A stretch of DNA of 54,941 nucleotides from Rhodospirillales bacterium. Its GTDB lineage: Bacteria; Pseudomonadota; Alphaproteobacteria; QKFK01; SZUA-500. The notes beneath the pieces are model-generated. The model searched no databases, had not been told where the DNA came from, and was given only the letters and a program-made list of their open reading frames with translations. Each line of letters opens with the position of its first letter. Positions within the stretch are counted from its first letter, which is position 1. This document shows, in pieces, positions 8,949-19,214 of the stretch. Made by a program: the position numbers and the translations under genes. Where the stretch lies: contig QKFK01000141.1 of NCBI GenBank assembly GCA_003252195.1, positions 1 to 54,941 on the forward strand, read 5' to 3'.

Positions 8949-10784
8949 TTACAAGCTCTTGATATCTTCAATACCGTAACGCTTGAGCGTTTGCAGGGCA
9001 TTGGTTTTGACAACATCATCCTTGAAGCCGTCATCCTTGAACACGACGCGCATAATTTCAGGCTGAAGCTCTTCTTTCAATGCGCCAATGCCATTCACCA
9101 CATCCATGTTGATATCCTTGTCCAGACAAACAACCAGAGCGCCCAGACCGATAGAGTAAACAGTCTTTCCGGCAATGCTTCGTGTTTCAATCGGCACGGT
9201 TAGATCAAGGCCATATTTCAGAAGAAGCTCATAAAGTACATCCTCGCTGGAGCGATCCTGTTTGATATAGTCAACGGCATTCAGAAGATCTGCTTCAAGC
9301 GTATCAAAATCCGCCTCCCATCGTTTGATGTTGGAGCTGTCCAGTTTAAACACTTTGAAGCCAAGATCGCCTTTGTAATCAGGGTTTTCTTCTTGAATTT
9401 TCTTTGCCGCACGGCGGATACGTTCTTTGGAAATATCAGCAATATTTTTATAACCAGATTTAAATGCTTCTGATTTCTCATCTGTAGTTTCAGGTAATTG
9501 AACAGAAATATGACGACGGCTGCCATTATCATCAACATTTAGTTGCATAACCGTATTTGCTGTTGTTCCTGAACCAGCAAAAAAATCCAGAACTATGGCA
9601 TCTTTATCTTCTTCTATCCCTTGCACGACAAGTTCTTTAATGAGTGCCGTAGGTTTAGGAAAATCAAAGGCTTTAAAGCCAAAAAGCTCATCAATTTCTT
9701 TTGTTCCATCTCTAGTGTAAATGTCTTTAGCAACAATAGAAGAGAAGCCAGTATATTCTTGTTGGAGTTCGTTTAAAAATAATTTTCTCCTTGGCCTTCC
9801 ATCTTCTTTTTCAGGCCAAATAATCTTATTTTCGGCGATCAAATTGTTCATAGTATTTTGATCGTATCTCCACCCCATTTTAGGTTTACCATAGTTTATA
9901 TTGTTTTCTGGATTTATAAGATCATAATGGCAATTTGGCCTTTGATCCTGAGGCAAAATACCGACCATGTTTGCGCTTGACCAATCTCCTCTGGGATCAT
10001 TATCGGGATTTTTATATTGATCAGTGTTCCTATCTGCTCCCCGTATCTTTCTTCCATAAACAATAATATATTCGTGATCTATAGATGCTCCAGTGACATT
10101 TCTATTATCTTTGTTTTGACGGCTTTTCCAAACAAATTGAGCAATGAAATTTTCCTCCCCAAAAACTTCGTTGCAAACTTTTTTCAAATTATCAGCTTCG
10201 ACATCATCTATCGAAATAAATATAGCTCCATCATCACGGAGAAGGTTTCTAGCCAATTTCAGGCGTGGGTACATCATGTTCAGCCAGTTGGTATGATAAC
10301 GTCCAGCCGCACTGGAATTCGTTCCCATTTTCTTGCCTTCACTATCGAGCTGTCCCGTCAATTCAAGATAGTTTTTTACGCCATCCTTAAAATCATCCTC
10401 ATAAACGAAGTCATTCCCTGTATTGTAAGGTGGGTCGATATAGATCATCTTCACTTGTCTGTGATATGATTTTTGCAGGAGCTTCAAGACTTCAAGGTTG
10501 TCACCTTCAATAAACAAATTCTGCGTGGTGTCCCAATCTACACTTTCTTCCTTGCATGGGCGGAGCGTTCCTGTGCTTGGTGTTTGTGCTAACCTGCCTG
10601 CCTTGCGTTTGCCATGCCATGTGAAGTTATAATGATCTTCATCTTCCACCACATAATTGCCAAGCAATTCCTGCAGCTGATCAAATTTGATTTTTCCTTC
10701 AGAAAACACTTCGGGAAACAGCTCCTTAAGCTGTTGAATATTCTGCTCCACAATATCCATGCTCTTGCCGTCTAGTTTTTCCAT
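8949..10784 (-). CDS. mod: Type III-like DNA methyltransferase Mod (N6-A/N4-C beta class)
   Basis: IYIDPPYNTGNDF (DPPY, motif IV) precedes VLDFFAGSGTTANTV (FxGxG, motif I). Confidence 0.85.
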   Translation of the reverse strand: MEKLDGKSMDIVEQNIQQLKELFPEVFSEGKIKFDQLQELLGNYVVEDEDHYNFTWHGKRKAGRLAQTPSTGTLRPCKEESVDWDTTQNLFIEGDNLEVLKLLQKSYHRQVKMIYIDPPYNTGNDFVYEDDFKDGVKNYLELTGQLDSEGKKMGTNSSAAGRYHTNWLNMMYPRLKLARNLLRDDGAIFISIDDVEADNLKKVCNEVFGEENFIAQFVWKSRQNKDNRNVTGASIDHEYIIVYGRKIRGADRNTDQYKNPDNDPRGDWSSANMVGILPQDQRPNCHYDLINPENNINYGKPKMGWRYDQNTMNNLIAENKIIWPEKEDGRPRRKLFLNELQQEYTGFSSIVAKDIYTRDGTKEIDELFGFKAFDFPKPTALIKELVVQGIEEDKDAIVLDFFAGSGTTANTVMQLNVDDNGSRRHISVQLPETTDEKSEAFKSGYKNIADISKERIRRAAKKIQEENPDYKGDLGFKVFKLDSSNIKRWEADFDTLEADLLNAVDYIKQDRSSEDVLYELLLKYGLDLTVPIETRSIAGKTVYSIGLGALVVCLDKDINMDVVNGIGALKEELQPEIMRVVFKDDGFKDDVVKTNALQTLKRYGIEDIKSL

Positions 10785-10813
10785 TATATACTCCTCGTAA
10801 ACAATCTTATACT

Positions 10814-11101
10814 CTACACATACTCAGCTGGATAAACCAATCTAGCGTTATCTTTTTCTATAAAAATATCTTCAACCTCAATACACGACACCAACCCTTT
10901 AATACTCCAAGGATTAGCAGCCATAGGTTCTCCTGGCACCAATGCCACTGCACAAGCAAAACTTCTTCCTGCAAGCATCCTTGCCTGACGTTCATCTTTT
11001 GCCACAAAAGTTGCCTTGCCTTTATATATACTAGCCTTCCAATTATGGTTATCCCGTCTATCTTCAACAGGTGATAGCTCAAATACTTTTAGTTCATCCA
11101 T
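10814..11101 (-). CDS. Hypothetical 95-aa protein
   Basis: ORF co-directional with the operon, lying between the HEPN-like gene and mod. No recognisable motif. Confidence 0.4.
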   Translation of the reverse strand: MDELKVFELSPVEDRRDNHNWKASIYKGKATFVAKDERQARMLAGRSFACAVALVPGEPMAANPWSIKGLVSCIEVEDIFIEKDNARLVYPAEYV

Positions 11102-11143
11102 AATATTTTCTCCAATTAAATTTTTATGTAAGATTATTACACA

Positions 11144-11914
11144 TCAGAAGGGGATTTCATCATCAAATTCTCTTATTTCAACAGGATATTCTATTTCATA
11201 ATAATTAAGTAAGAACAACCCTACTGTAGATACAGAGTTTAAGATAAACATTGCATACAAAGGGTTATCAATGATTTCTCTATCCGTACCATGAGCGTTA
11301 GTATTTTCGCTTCTAATATTCTCTACGGCTTGTGCCACACTTATCAAGCCAGAGGCTATATTCCTTAAATTACCATTAAGATCTTTATCAGGATATAATT
11401 TAAACTGCTTTAAAATGTGTTGCGTTAATTTATATAGTGTTAACTTACTATTGCATGGTTCAATCCTATCATCTGAGCATATTCTTTTTATTATTAACTC
11501 TAAAGCAGAATTTGCCATCATAACAGCAGCAGCTGGCTCTGAAGCGACTTTTTCAAACGCTTTATTAAATACATCTCCGACATTTTCGTATCTATCAGCT
11601 AATACCCCTTTTATTTCAGCAACAGCATATATTAGACCTGGCACTTCAATACCTAAGTCAACAGCAATCTGCATAAGCAACTCATCACCCATAGTATCCA
11701 GAGTTGCAGAAAGATTTATTTGATCTTTATCATTTAATATGACTGTGAAATTCTCATCACAGCATCTTCCATAATCGTCTGAGAAAACTTTATGCCAACG
11801 TTTTATATATCTTGATGCATTTTTATAAGAACTGTACTTTTCCCATATTGCCTTTTCAATTCGATCAATGATATCTATCATAGCAGATGGAGAAACAAGA
11901 ATATCACTCATCAC
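11144..11914 (-). CDS. Abi_C-type HEPN-like protein (putative abortive-infection RNase)
   Basis: The C-terminal NIRSENTNAHGTDREI fits the HEPN Rx4-6H motif and the RN..HG signature of the Abi_C family. 4-nt overlap with the upstream gene. Confidence 0.55.
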   Translation of the reverse strand: MMSDILVSPSAMIDIIDRIEKAIWEKYSSYKNASRYIKRWHKVFSDDYGRCCDENFTVILNDKDQINLSATLDTMGDELLMQIAVDLGIEVPGLIYAVAEIKGVLADRYENVGDVFNKAFEKVASEPAAAVMMANSALELIIKRICSDDRIEPCNSKLTLYKLTQHILKQFKLYPDKDLNGNLRNIASGLISVAQAVENIRSENTNAHGTDREIIDNPLYAMFILNSVSTVGLFLLNYYEIEYPVEIREFDDEIPF

Positions 11915-12663
11915 AACAACCTTTCTAAGTCATTTATTTTTATAGAGGCCTCTTTTATCAAAACATTTAAATCAAGCTTTTTATTAAATTGTGTCTCCTT
12001 CTTAAGCATGGAACGTAGTTCCGTTACTTTTCTTTCTAACTCGGCTATTTTAATTAGTTTTTCCCGGCGATCAATGACGCCATCTGCAGACACAACAAAA
12101 TATTGGCCACTACGCGATGATGAGTTAAGAGCAATGACACGATTTTTAATATCTGTGTAGAAAGCGTAAAAATTAACAAAAGATAAGTTCTTAACTGCCA
12201 TATCCTGCATAAACTTCTGCTGGGCTTCGTTTGGTGCATCAGGATTAAACCACTCGGTTATCCAAGAGTCTTCAATCACCCATTTGGATTTGTCGGCCTG
12301 ATTGATCCTTTTGTCGGCAACGCTAATCGCTATCGTATCCGCAAAGCTAAAAACAAGCATGACCGGATACGGAATAGCTTTATTCACAAAGGAGGCAATT
12401 CGCTGGGCGCGCGCTATGCTGGTCAGGTCAATCTGGATAATCGCGATTTCATCATATTCGCGCACATCATCCCGGTAAGGTTCGATATTGAGAGTGGATG
12501 GTTTTAGCGTATAAACCCATCGGATTTTATCAATGTCATCCTTAAGGGCTTTTTTATCCGTGATATCGAGATCAGCATGTTCCTGAAACAGCTTTTTGAA
12601 TAGCGGCTTGTTCAGCACACATTTCCCTGGGATGGCCATGTAATCATAAAAGGTCTGCGTCAT
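11911..12663 (-). CDS. DUF4391-like protein (helicase-associated, function unknown)
   Basis: 250 aa. Translationally coupled (ATGA overlaps) to the SNF2 helicase upstream. Assignment rests on size, synteny and remembered family features, not on a search. Confidence 0.45.
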   Translation of the reverse strand: MTQTFYDYMAIPGKCVLNKPLFKKLFQEHADLDITDKKALKDDIDKIRWVYTLKPSTLNIEPYRDDVREYDEIAIIQIDLTSIARAQRIASFVNKAIPYPVMLVFSFADTIAISVADKRINQADKSKWVIEDSWITEWFNPDAPNEAQQKFMQDMAVKNLSFVNFYAFYTDIKNRVIALNSSSRSGQYFVVSADGVIDRREKLIKIAELERKVTELRSMLKKETQFNKKLDLNVLIKEASIKINDLERLL

Positions 12664-15600
12664 GCTTGCGTCTCCCGAATGATCAGATAGCTGATGACCT
12701 CAAAATCTTCGAGGCTTGAGAAGTGATCTTGTGTGAGGGAAGTGCCGCCACGACTGAACAGGCTTTCGATGCCTTTTTCTTCAGTTTTCCCGATAACGGA
12801 TTGAATGGCAGTTTCCAGCATGAATTGGTATGCGCCCATGTCCTTGCCGTTCCGGGTGGCATCATTCAGATCTTGGACTGCTGTTTCATCGATGACCTTA
12901 TTCATGGCACAGAGCTTTTTGAAGATATCGAGGCTCTTTTTGCTCTGCAGGTGGTTATAGACAACGTTGCCATCTTCGGCCACATAAACCATGTAATATG
13001 GAGATAGGGCATAATGCGGGTCAAACTCGACTTTGCCGTTAATGTCTCTCAGGCAGAAGATGGTGCCTGGGACGATCTCATTCATGCTTTTGCTGACAGC
13101 GGCATAAAAACCAGAAGGCGAACGCTCAAGTTGATCCATGTTGTCCTTCATGAAGCCTGATAAATCCATGCGGAAATCATTCAGCGTCATATCGGTGATA
13201 GACACACTGCCATCCATATCTTCAAGATCAAGAACGGAATCTTGAAGCTGCTTCATTTGGCGGCGGCGGTATTCTAGATCATTCATCTGTTTCTTTTCGT
13301 CATAATCAATGACGTTTTCTTCACCAGTTGCAGAAATATCGAGAAGCACCATACGACCACTAACGCGGGCTTCAAGGTTGATATATTCGTCCAGCTCCAT
13401 ATTTGGCCAGAAATTGGCAAGCTGGATCGCATCGTTGCGAGAGCCTAAACGGTCAACACGACCAAAACGCTGGATAATCCGCACCGGATTCCAGTGAATA
13501 TCGTAGTTAATGAGCATGTCACAATCCTGCAGGTTTTGTCCCTCAGAAATACAATCTGTCGCAATCAAAATATCAATTTCTGTTGTTGCCAATGCATCTA
13601 TCTTAGCTCTATCTTTTGAAATTGGTGAAAAGTGAGTAAGGATATTATTCAGATCTTTGTCTATACCTTTAATAGTACATTGATTTGAGCCTGCCCCAGT
13701 AACCAGCGCCGAATGTAAACCTAGATTTGACAGTGCCCAATCAGCAATGTTTTTATAAAGATAGTCCGCAGTATCTGAAAATGCTGTAAAAATAACAACC
13801 TTTTTATTGCCAATGTTAATCTGATTATTTTCTTTATTAATTATAACTTCTTTTAATTTCAGTAATTTTGCATCCTCTGTTGCTGTTACCTTAAGAGCCT
13901 CTCCATGCAAACTCGCAAGAAGATGCAAATCATCTTCTAAATCCTGCCTCCAACGGTATAAGTCCATATCTTGAATAAGAATTTTTGTTTTGTTTCCTAT
14001 TAGATAATCCTCAAGCATTGGATCATCCACTTCAATATCTTCAATACTCAGCTCTTCAAATTCTGAATTCTCATGCCTATCAATTTGTTCTAATATTTTT
14101 TGTATCTTATCATGAATTTTTCCAACAGTTTGGGCAAACGAGTTAATAGAGCTTTCCATACGTTTAAGCATATTCACACGCATCAAATGAACCAAACTAC
14201 GTTCACGGTCAACTTGCCTAAAAACAGAAGCACCACCCTGCACTTCTTGATCGTACTTACGACTATATTCTTCCTTTTTATCGTCCCTAACATATTCCAA
14301 CGGGGCATATGCTCCTAGGTTCAACCTTTTAATGGATAAATTAACATCCTTCAAATGTGGAAAATTGCCATTTATATCTATATCAGATTTTATATTTACA
14401 GGCTTCAAACGCTCTGGGAACTTCCCCACTTCGCTTACATCATAATATTTTTCTATATGCTTTCTTGAACGAGCAATAGTCAATAAATCCAGAAGTTTAA
14501 AATAACCAAAATTCATACTCTCCAAAAGAGTTTCTGTTCTACGATCATTCTCTGGCAATTTAAGCCACTGATTAAACTTTGTCTGGGCTACCTTCAAAGT
14601 ATGTTCAATGCTAGATATGCCATAATCCTTCAAAGAATAGTCTCGTCCCTCCGTTATGAACGCAACCTGATTCTTAAGATCATTCATCCTATTATTAACT
14701 GGTGTTGCAGAAAGCATAAGAACTTTTGTCTTCACTCCAGCTCTAATAACATCATCCATTAATTTCTGATATCTATTTCCACCATCTTTTTTGCTACCGC
14801 TATTCCTAAAATTATGAGACTCATCTATTACCAACAGGTCATAGTTACCCCAATTAATAGTTTCTAGATTAATTTCTCCTGATCGTCCTTTTTTACGACT
14901 TAAATCTGTATGATTTATTACATCATAATTAAACCTATCCTTTGAGAGCAGGTTACGCTTATCATTTATTGTATATATAGTCCAATTTTCTCGTAACTTC
15001 TTTGGACAAAGCACCAGCACCCTATCGTTACGTAGTTCATAATATTTAATTACAGCCAAAGCTTCAAAGGTTTTACCCAAACCAACACTATCCGCTATAA
15101 TACAACCATTATATTTCTCAAGTTTATCAATAGCCCCTAGAACACCATCTCTCTGGAATTTATACAACTTATTCCATACAATAGTATCTTTAAAACCTGT
15201 TCTTGAACGAATAATGCTCTCTTCATTTATATCCTCTAAATAATCTCTAAATATATTATAGAGGGTAATAAAATAAACTAAATCAGCAGACTTATCTTCT
15301 GATAAATACTCAAGATGTGCTACAAGCTCGTTCTTAATATTTTGAGTAGCTTTAGCATCATTCCAAATCGCATCAAACCATTGGAGAAGCTGTTGTGTTG
15401 TTTCTGCATCGGATATACCCATATTGATTTCAAAAGAGTCAGACCTAACCTCACCAAGACCTGACGCCGTAAAGTGCGAACCACCTTGCACAACGAAACT
15501 ATTATTTTCATTTTTTATATGATACATATTTTGAGGTGGAAACGACATTTGCCCAGATATAGCTTTTATTCTAGCGTTTTTTTTCACCCAATCCATACAC

Positions 15601-15857
15601 TCTTTTGCTATCTGTTTTTGATCAAGCCTATTTTTTAATATATTCTCTTGATAAACACCTGATAAAGATTGCAATGATACTTTATCCCAACGGGACATCA
15701 TCAGCCTAAAGTCTTTTACCCTAAAAAGCTCTTTTTTTAACGCAGAAAATCCGTATATAGTAAACAAACCAGATAAAATCGATAACTTAGAATCCATATC
15801 AACTCTAGATCTAATTTCTGGCAAAACTTTTCCATGTGATTTATTATCAAGTAGCAT
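12660..15857 (-). CDS. SNF2-family helicase with N-terminal degenerate PLD-like domain
   Basis: DSVGLGKTFEA (motif I), VIDESHNFRN (motif II), MLSATPVNN (motif III) and WNPVRIIQRFGRVDRLGS (motif VI). The N-terminal GGSHFTASGLGE is PLD-like but lacks the HKD residues. Confidence 0.8.
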   Translation of the reverse strand: MLLDNKSHGKVLPEIRSRVDMDSKLSILSGLFTIYGFSALKKELFRVKDFRLMMSRWDKVSLQSLSGVYQENILKNRLDQKQIAKECMDWVKKNARIKAISGQMSFPPQNMYHIKNENNSFVVQGGSHFTASGLGEVRSDSFEINMGISDAETTQQLLQWFDAIWNDAKATQNIKNELVAHLEYLSEDKSADLVYFITLYNIFRDYLEDINEESIIRSRTGFKDTIVWNKLYKFQRDGVLGAIDKLEKYNGCIIADSVGLGKTFEALAVIKYYELRNDRVLVLCPKKLRENWTIYTINDKRNLLSKDRFNYDVINHTDLSRKKGRSGEINLETINWGNYDLLVIDESHNFRNSGSKKDGGNRYQKLMDDVIRAGVKTKVLMLSATPVNNRMNDLKNQVAFITEGRDYSLKDYGISSIEHTLKVAQTKFNQWLKLPENDRRTETLLESMNFGYFKLLDLLTIARSRKHIEKYYDVSEVGKFPERLKPVNIKSDIDINGNFPHLKDVNLSIKRLNLGAYAPLEYVRDDKKEEYSRKYDQEVQGGASVFRQVDRERSLVHLMRVNMLKRMESSINSFAQTVGKIHDKIQKILEQIDRHENSEFEELSIEDIEVDDPMLEDYLIGNKTKILIQDMDLYRWRQDLEDDLHLLASLHGEALKVTATEDAKLLKLKEVIINKENNQINIGNKKVVIFTAFSDTADYLYKNIADWALSNLGLHSALVTGAGSNQCTIKGIDKDLNNILTHFSPISKDRAKIDALATTEIDILIATDCISEGQNLQDCDMLINYDIHWNPVRIIQRFGRVDRLGSRNDAIQLANFWPNMELDEYINLEARVSGRMVLLDISATGEENVIDYDEKKQMNDLEYRRRQMKQLQDSVLDLEDMDGSVSITDMTLNDFRMDLSGFMKDNMDQLERSPSGFYAAVSKSMNEIVPGTIFCLRDINGKVEFDPHYALSPYYMVYVAEDGNVVYNHLQSKKSLDIFKKLCAMNKVIDETAVQDLNDATRNGKDMGAYQFMLETAIQSVIGKTEEKGIESLFSRGGTSLTQDHFSSLEDFEVISYLIIRETQA

Positions 15858-15859
15858 AT

Positions 15860-16054
15860 TTATTTTGACCCCTCATCAATTCTGAATTGAGCCACTATCC
15901 ACCTATTTACATCAATTTCACGGAAACGCCAACTACCACCAACCTTAAACCCAGGCAATTTACCTTCAGCAGTTAGACGATATGTTGTTTTTTCATTTAG
16001 CTTGAGGTACTCGGCAACCTCTTTAACCGTTAATATACCACTTTTCATAACCAT
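15860..16054 (-). CDS. Small HTH DNA-binding protein (excisionase/MerR-like HTH_17)
   Basis: LTVKEVAEYLKLNEKTTYRLTAEGKLPGFKVGGSWRFREIDVNRWI. The likely start is the internal ATG at 16054 or 16048 rather than 16132. The stop lies 2 nt before the SNF2 start. Confidence 0.7.
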   Translation of the reverse strand: MVMKSGILTVKEVAEYLKLNEKTTYRLTAEGKLPGFKVGGSWRFREIDVNRWIVAQFRIDEGSK

Positions 16055-16164
16055 CCCATCATGTAAAAAACAACTGAGAAAATAACGGAAAATTACTGAA
16101 CAATCAAGAGCAATAACAAAAACATAATACATAAATATTCAAAATAGATAATGTTCAATAACTA

Positions 16165-19023
16165 TTAACGATCAATCTTCATTGCCTTATCAAGTGCACT
16201 AATAAATTTATTATCATTTTCAGGTCTTACAGCTTCCACCGTTTTAACTCTACAAAGTGGCAAATTTATCTTTTCCATTATGCTATCTTTTTTATTATCT
16301 CTAATTATTTGCTTTTCTTTTTCTCTATGTAGCACACCATCAACCTCAACGACTAACACAGGCTCTTTATCCATTTTATTAAAAATCAAAAAGTCAACAT
16401 GTGCAAAGGGATGCTTAGCAAATTTCGTCTCTTCTTCATTCAAAGAAGAATAGTCTTTTATAATGGAATATAGAGGAACATGAAGCACACATTTTAGAGC
16501 ACTGTATTTGGGATCTTTTAAAATATTTTCTATAACATAATAAAAACAATTTTCTGAAGGATGTTCTGAAACCTTTTTAATCTGCTCTTCAATTTTCAAT
16601 AGTTTTTCTGAGTATTCACTATACATCAAATCAAAAACAGATATTATCTGGCTCTCTGTAACAGCACTTTCATCTGAGTTATACTCAATGTATCGGATTA
16701 AATTACCCAAATTGCTGCCATGTTGTCTGTAAATACTATCAGACACGACCAACATAAACTTATTCACGCTACGCGATACAGCCACATTAACAAGATGCTC
16801 GTCATCGATGAAACCATTAATATCATCTTCTACGGTTGAAAAAATTATTGTATCTTTTTCTCGCCCCTGGAATTTATGAACAGTATCAACCTCAATATCA
16901 CTATCCTCTTTTAATATATTTTTTAAAGATACGAGTTTACCTGGTTTAGACGTATCTTTGTACGACACGCCTGATAACACAGCAATCGCCTCTTTAACCT
17001 GCTCCTTGTACGGAGTGATTATCCCAATACCTTTTACAATATCACCCCTTGCCAAAATCTCATCATTAATTACATCAACTTGACGCCTATTATACTTACT
17101 AGATTTATCATTTTTAGTAGATTTTCTGACATGGCGACCTTTTACCGTTTTATAAATCTCTAACGGCTTAGGATTTGAGTTTTCATTAGTCATTATAACT
17201 AGCTGATTATCGTAGAATTGCTTATTGCAGAAGCCGATTATCTTTGGATTACATCTATAGTGCTCTTTTAATAAAGTTGTGGCAATTTTATCCCCGTAAA
17301 GAGCTGAAAGAGACGATATTATACTGTGTTTAGTATAATTATACTGAATAGGTATTAAATCAGCTTGATACAACTTCCTATCTTCTTTAGCATTATCCTT
17401 AGAAACAATATGTGGCAACTGCTTCTCATCGCCAACTATAACAATATTTTTGCAACAATACATTGATAGCGTGGCTGTCACCAAATCAACCTGAGATGCC
17501 TCATCAATTATCACATAATCAAACATATAATTTTGTGGAATTGAGTTTAATATTGAGTTAGTCGTACTTAAGATTACTGGATAATCATTGATAAAGCTCT
17601 TAAAATCACGAAAAAAGCCATATTGCTCATAGTTTTTTCTTTTATTTTCACTGTATCTTTTACAAAGCAATGACTTAAACAGCTTCTCTGAGTTTGCAAC
17701 ATACTCATTCATCAGAGCTTCGCTTTTTCTACCCTTATGCTTTTTCTCAATATGCCGTATCTTAGACTGTTTCTCAGATATAGCTCTGATATAGTACATC
17801 CCTTTAAGAGAAAGCATAATTTTTGATATATTATTATCTATAAAGGCAAAGCTATAAACACCAAACCTTAGAAATAAAATTAACTTGGTCAGCTTATCTG
17901 GTTTATAAGAATAATTTTCTAGCAGCATCATTAAATCAATAAGCTTATTTGACCCCCAATTATTAAATAAAGCCATGCCACGCAAAGACATTATTTGCGA
18001 ACCAAAGTTCTTAAAAAAATGTTTTTTCTCCACTTCAAGCTCAGCCATATCTTCTTTTAATTTGGCCTTTATGTTTTGATCTTCTAAGAATTCAGCTAAC
18101 ACATGTGCCGTATTGGCAATGTCGTTTTCAAGGTTTTGAGTTTCTTTATTGGTTTTACTCCAATCATTTATATCAGGTACTTCCGACTGTTTACACTCAA
18201 AAAACTCTTTTTTATTATCAGAATTACCAAGCATTGCAGTTAAAAAGCCTACCCCTTGTTTTTCTAACTTCTCTTGAACATTGCTTGTTGCTGAATTATT
18301 ACCAGAAACAACAGCTACAGATTTATTATTTACAACAATATTAGCTATCAAATTTAATATAGTCTGGGTTTTACCTGTTCCAGGAGGACCCTTAATAATA
18401 CTAATTTGGTTTTCAAGAGCATTCTTAACCGCATCTCTCTGACTTAGATTAATTCCAAATGGGAATATGGGCACTTCATGGTGTTTATTTTTAGCGATTA
18501 CATTCTTTGACAGGTATGTACCTAACACTTGTTTTTCATTTATGTTTTTTATTTTATCGTATTGTCTGGATAAGTAACCATGTTCACCTTGAGGTTGCAT
18601 ATCATCTTCATTTACCGTTTCTTTTTTTGTATCACTCTCAAGTATTGGGGCTAATTTTTTAAAATACTCAAATATATTTTTTGCATCATTGTTGTTAAGA
18701 CATGAAGGTACAAGCTCAACCTGTTTTTTATCATACAGCATAGCGCCATCATTCCTATTTATTACTTTAACATAATCACCAAAGTCTAACACTTCTCCGT
18801 CTATAAGAAAATCATCTTCATAAACAGCAAATTTAGACGCGTCTATGTTTACAGGATTCTCAAAAAACAAGACGTTATGCGAATTATAAATATATCTCTT
18901 ACCACCATTAAACTGCACGGCTACTTTATTATGTAACGAAAAATCTACACTACAAACTCTTGCTGTAGCATCTTCAAATACGCCATCCCGTTTTAATAGA
19001 ACTAAGCTAGTTCTTATATCCAC
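16165..19023 (-). CDS. SF1 (Upf1/DNA2-like) helicase with unknown ~190-aa N-domain and C-terminal DUF2726-type PD-(D/E)xK nuclease-like domain
   Basis: GPPGTGKTQT, VIIDEASQV, VGDEKQLPH, HYRCNPKI, FQGREKDTIIFS and LNVAVSRS helicase motifs. C-terminal HVDFLIFNK...LVVEVDGVLH. Confidence 0.75.
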   Translation of the reverse strand: MDIRTSLVLLKRDGVFEDATARVCSVDFSLHNKVAVQFNGGKRYIYNSHNVLFFENPVNIDASKFAVYEDDFLIDGEVLDFGDYVKVINRNDGAMLYDKKQVELVPSCLNNNDAKNIFEYFKKLAPILESDTKKETVNEDDMQPQGEHGYLSRQYDKIKNINEKQVLGTYLSKNVIAKNKHHEVPIFPFGINLSQRDAVKNALENQISIIKGPPGTGKTQTILNLIANIVVNNKSVAVVSGNNSATSNVQEKLEKQGVGFLTAMLGNSDNKKEFFECKQSEVPDINDWSKTNKETQNLENDIANTAHVLAEFLEDQNIKAKLKEDMAELEVEKKHFFKNFGSQIMSLRGMALFNNWGSNKLIDLMMLLENYSYKPDKLTKLILFLRFGVYSFAFIDNNISKIMLSLKGMYYIRAISEKQSKIRHIEKKHKGRKSEALMNEYVANSEKLFKSLLCKRYSENKRKNYEQYGFFRDFKSFINDYPVILSTTNSILNSIPQNYMFDYVIIDEASQVDLVTATLSMYCCKNIVIVGDEKQLPHIVSKDNAKEDRKLYQADLIPIQYNYTKHSIISSLSALYGDKIATTLLKEHYRCNPKIIGFCNKQFYDNQLVIMTNENSNPKPLEIYKTVKGRHVRKSTKNDKSSKYNRRQVDVINDEILARGDIVKGIGIITPYKEQVKEAIAVLSGVSYKDTSKPGKLVSLKNILKEDSDIEVDTVHKFQGREKDTIIFSTVEDDINGFIDDEHLVNVAVSRSVNKFMLVVSDSIYRQHGSNLGNLIRYIEYNSDESAVTESQIISVFDLMYSEYSEKLLKIEEQIKKVSEHPSENCFYYVIENILKDPKYSALKCVLHVPLYSIIKDYSSLNEEETKFAKHPFAHVDFLIFNKMDKEPVLVVEVDGVLHREKEKQIIRDNKKDSIMEKINLPLCRVKTVEAVRPENDNKFISALDKAMKIDR

Positions 19024-19214
19024 TACACCTCTCCATCACACGATATTTGCAAGCATAATAAGGCTAATACAGCAATCTAATATTAACAACAATTAAATAC
19101 ATCTGATTAAGCATCAATTAATATTGAATAAAACCTAGAATTGTGTAGAATCTGTAAAACAAACTCATCGTATTATTTTAAATATCTTAACATTAAATAT
19201 TAAGAAGAGAAAAA

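Noticed and set aside
4496-16054. DISARM or BREX assignment for the SNF2/methyltransferase/helicase operon
   Set aside because: There is no DUF1998 (DrmB) or DrmA-like gene. There is no stand-alone PLD DrmC and no PglZ/BrxC/BrxL. Mod and Res have standard type III motifs.
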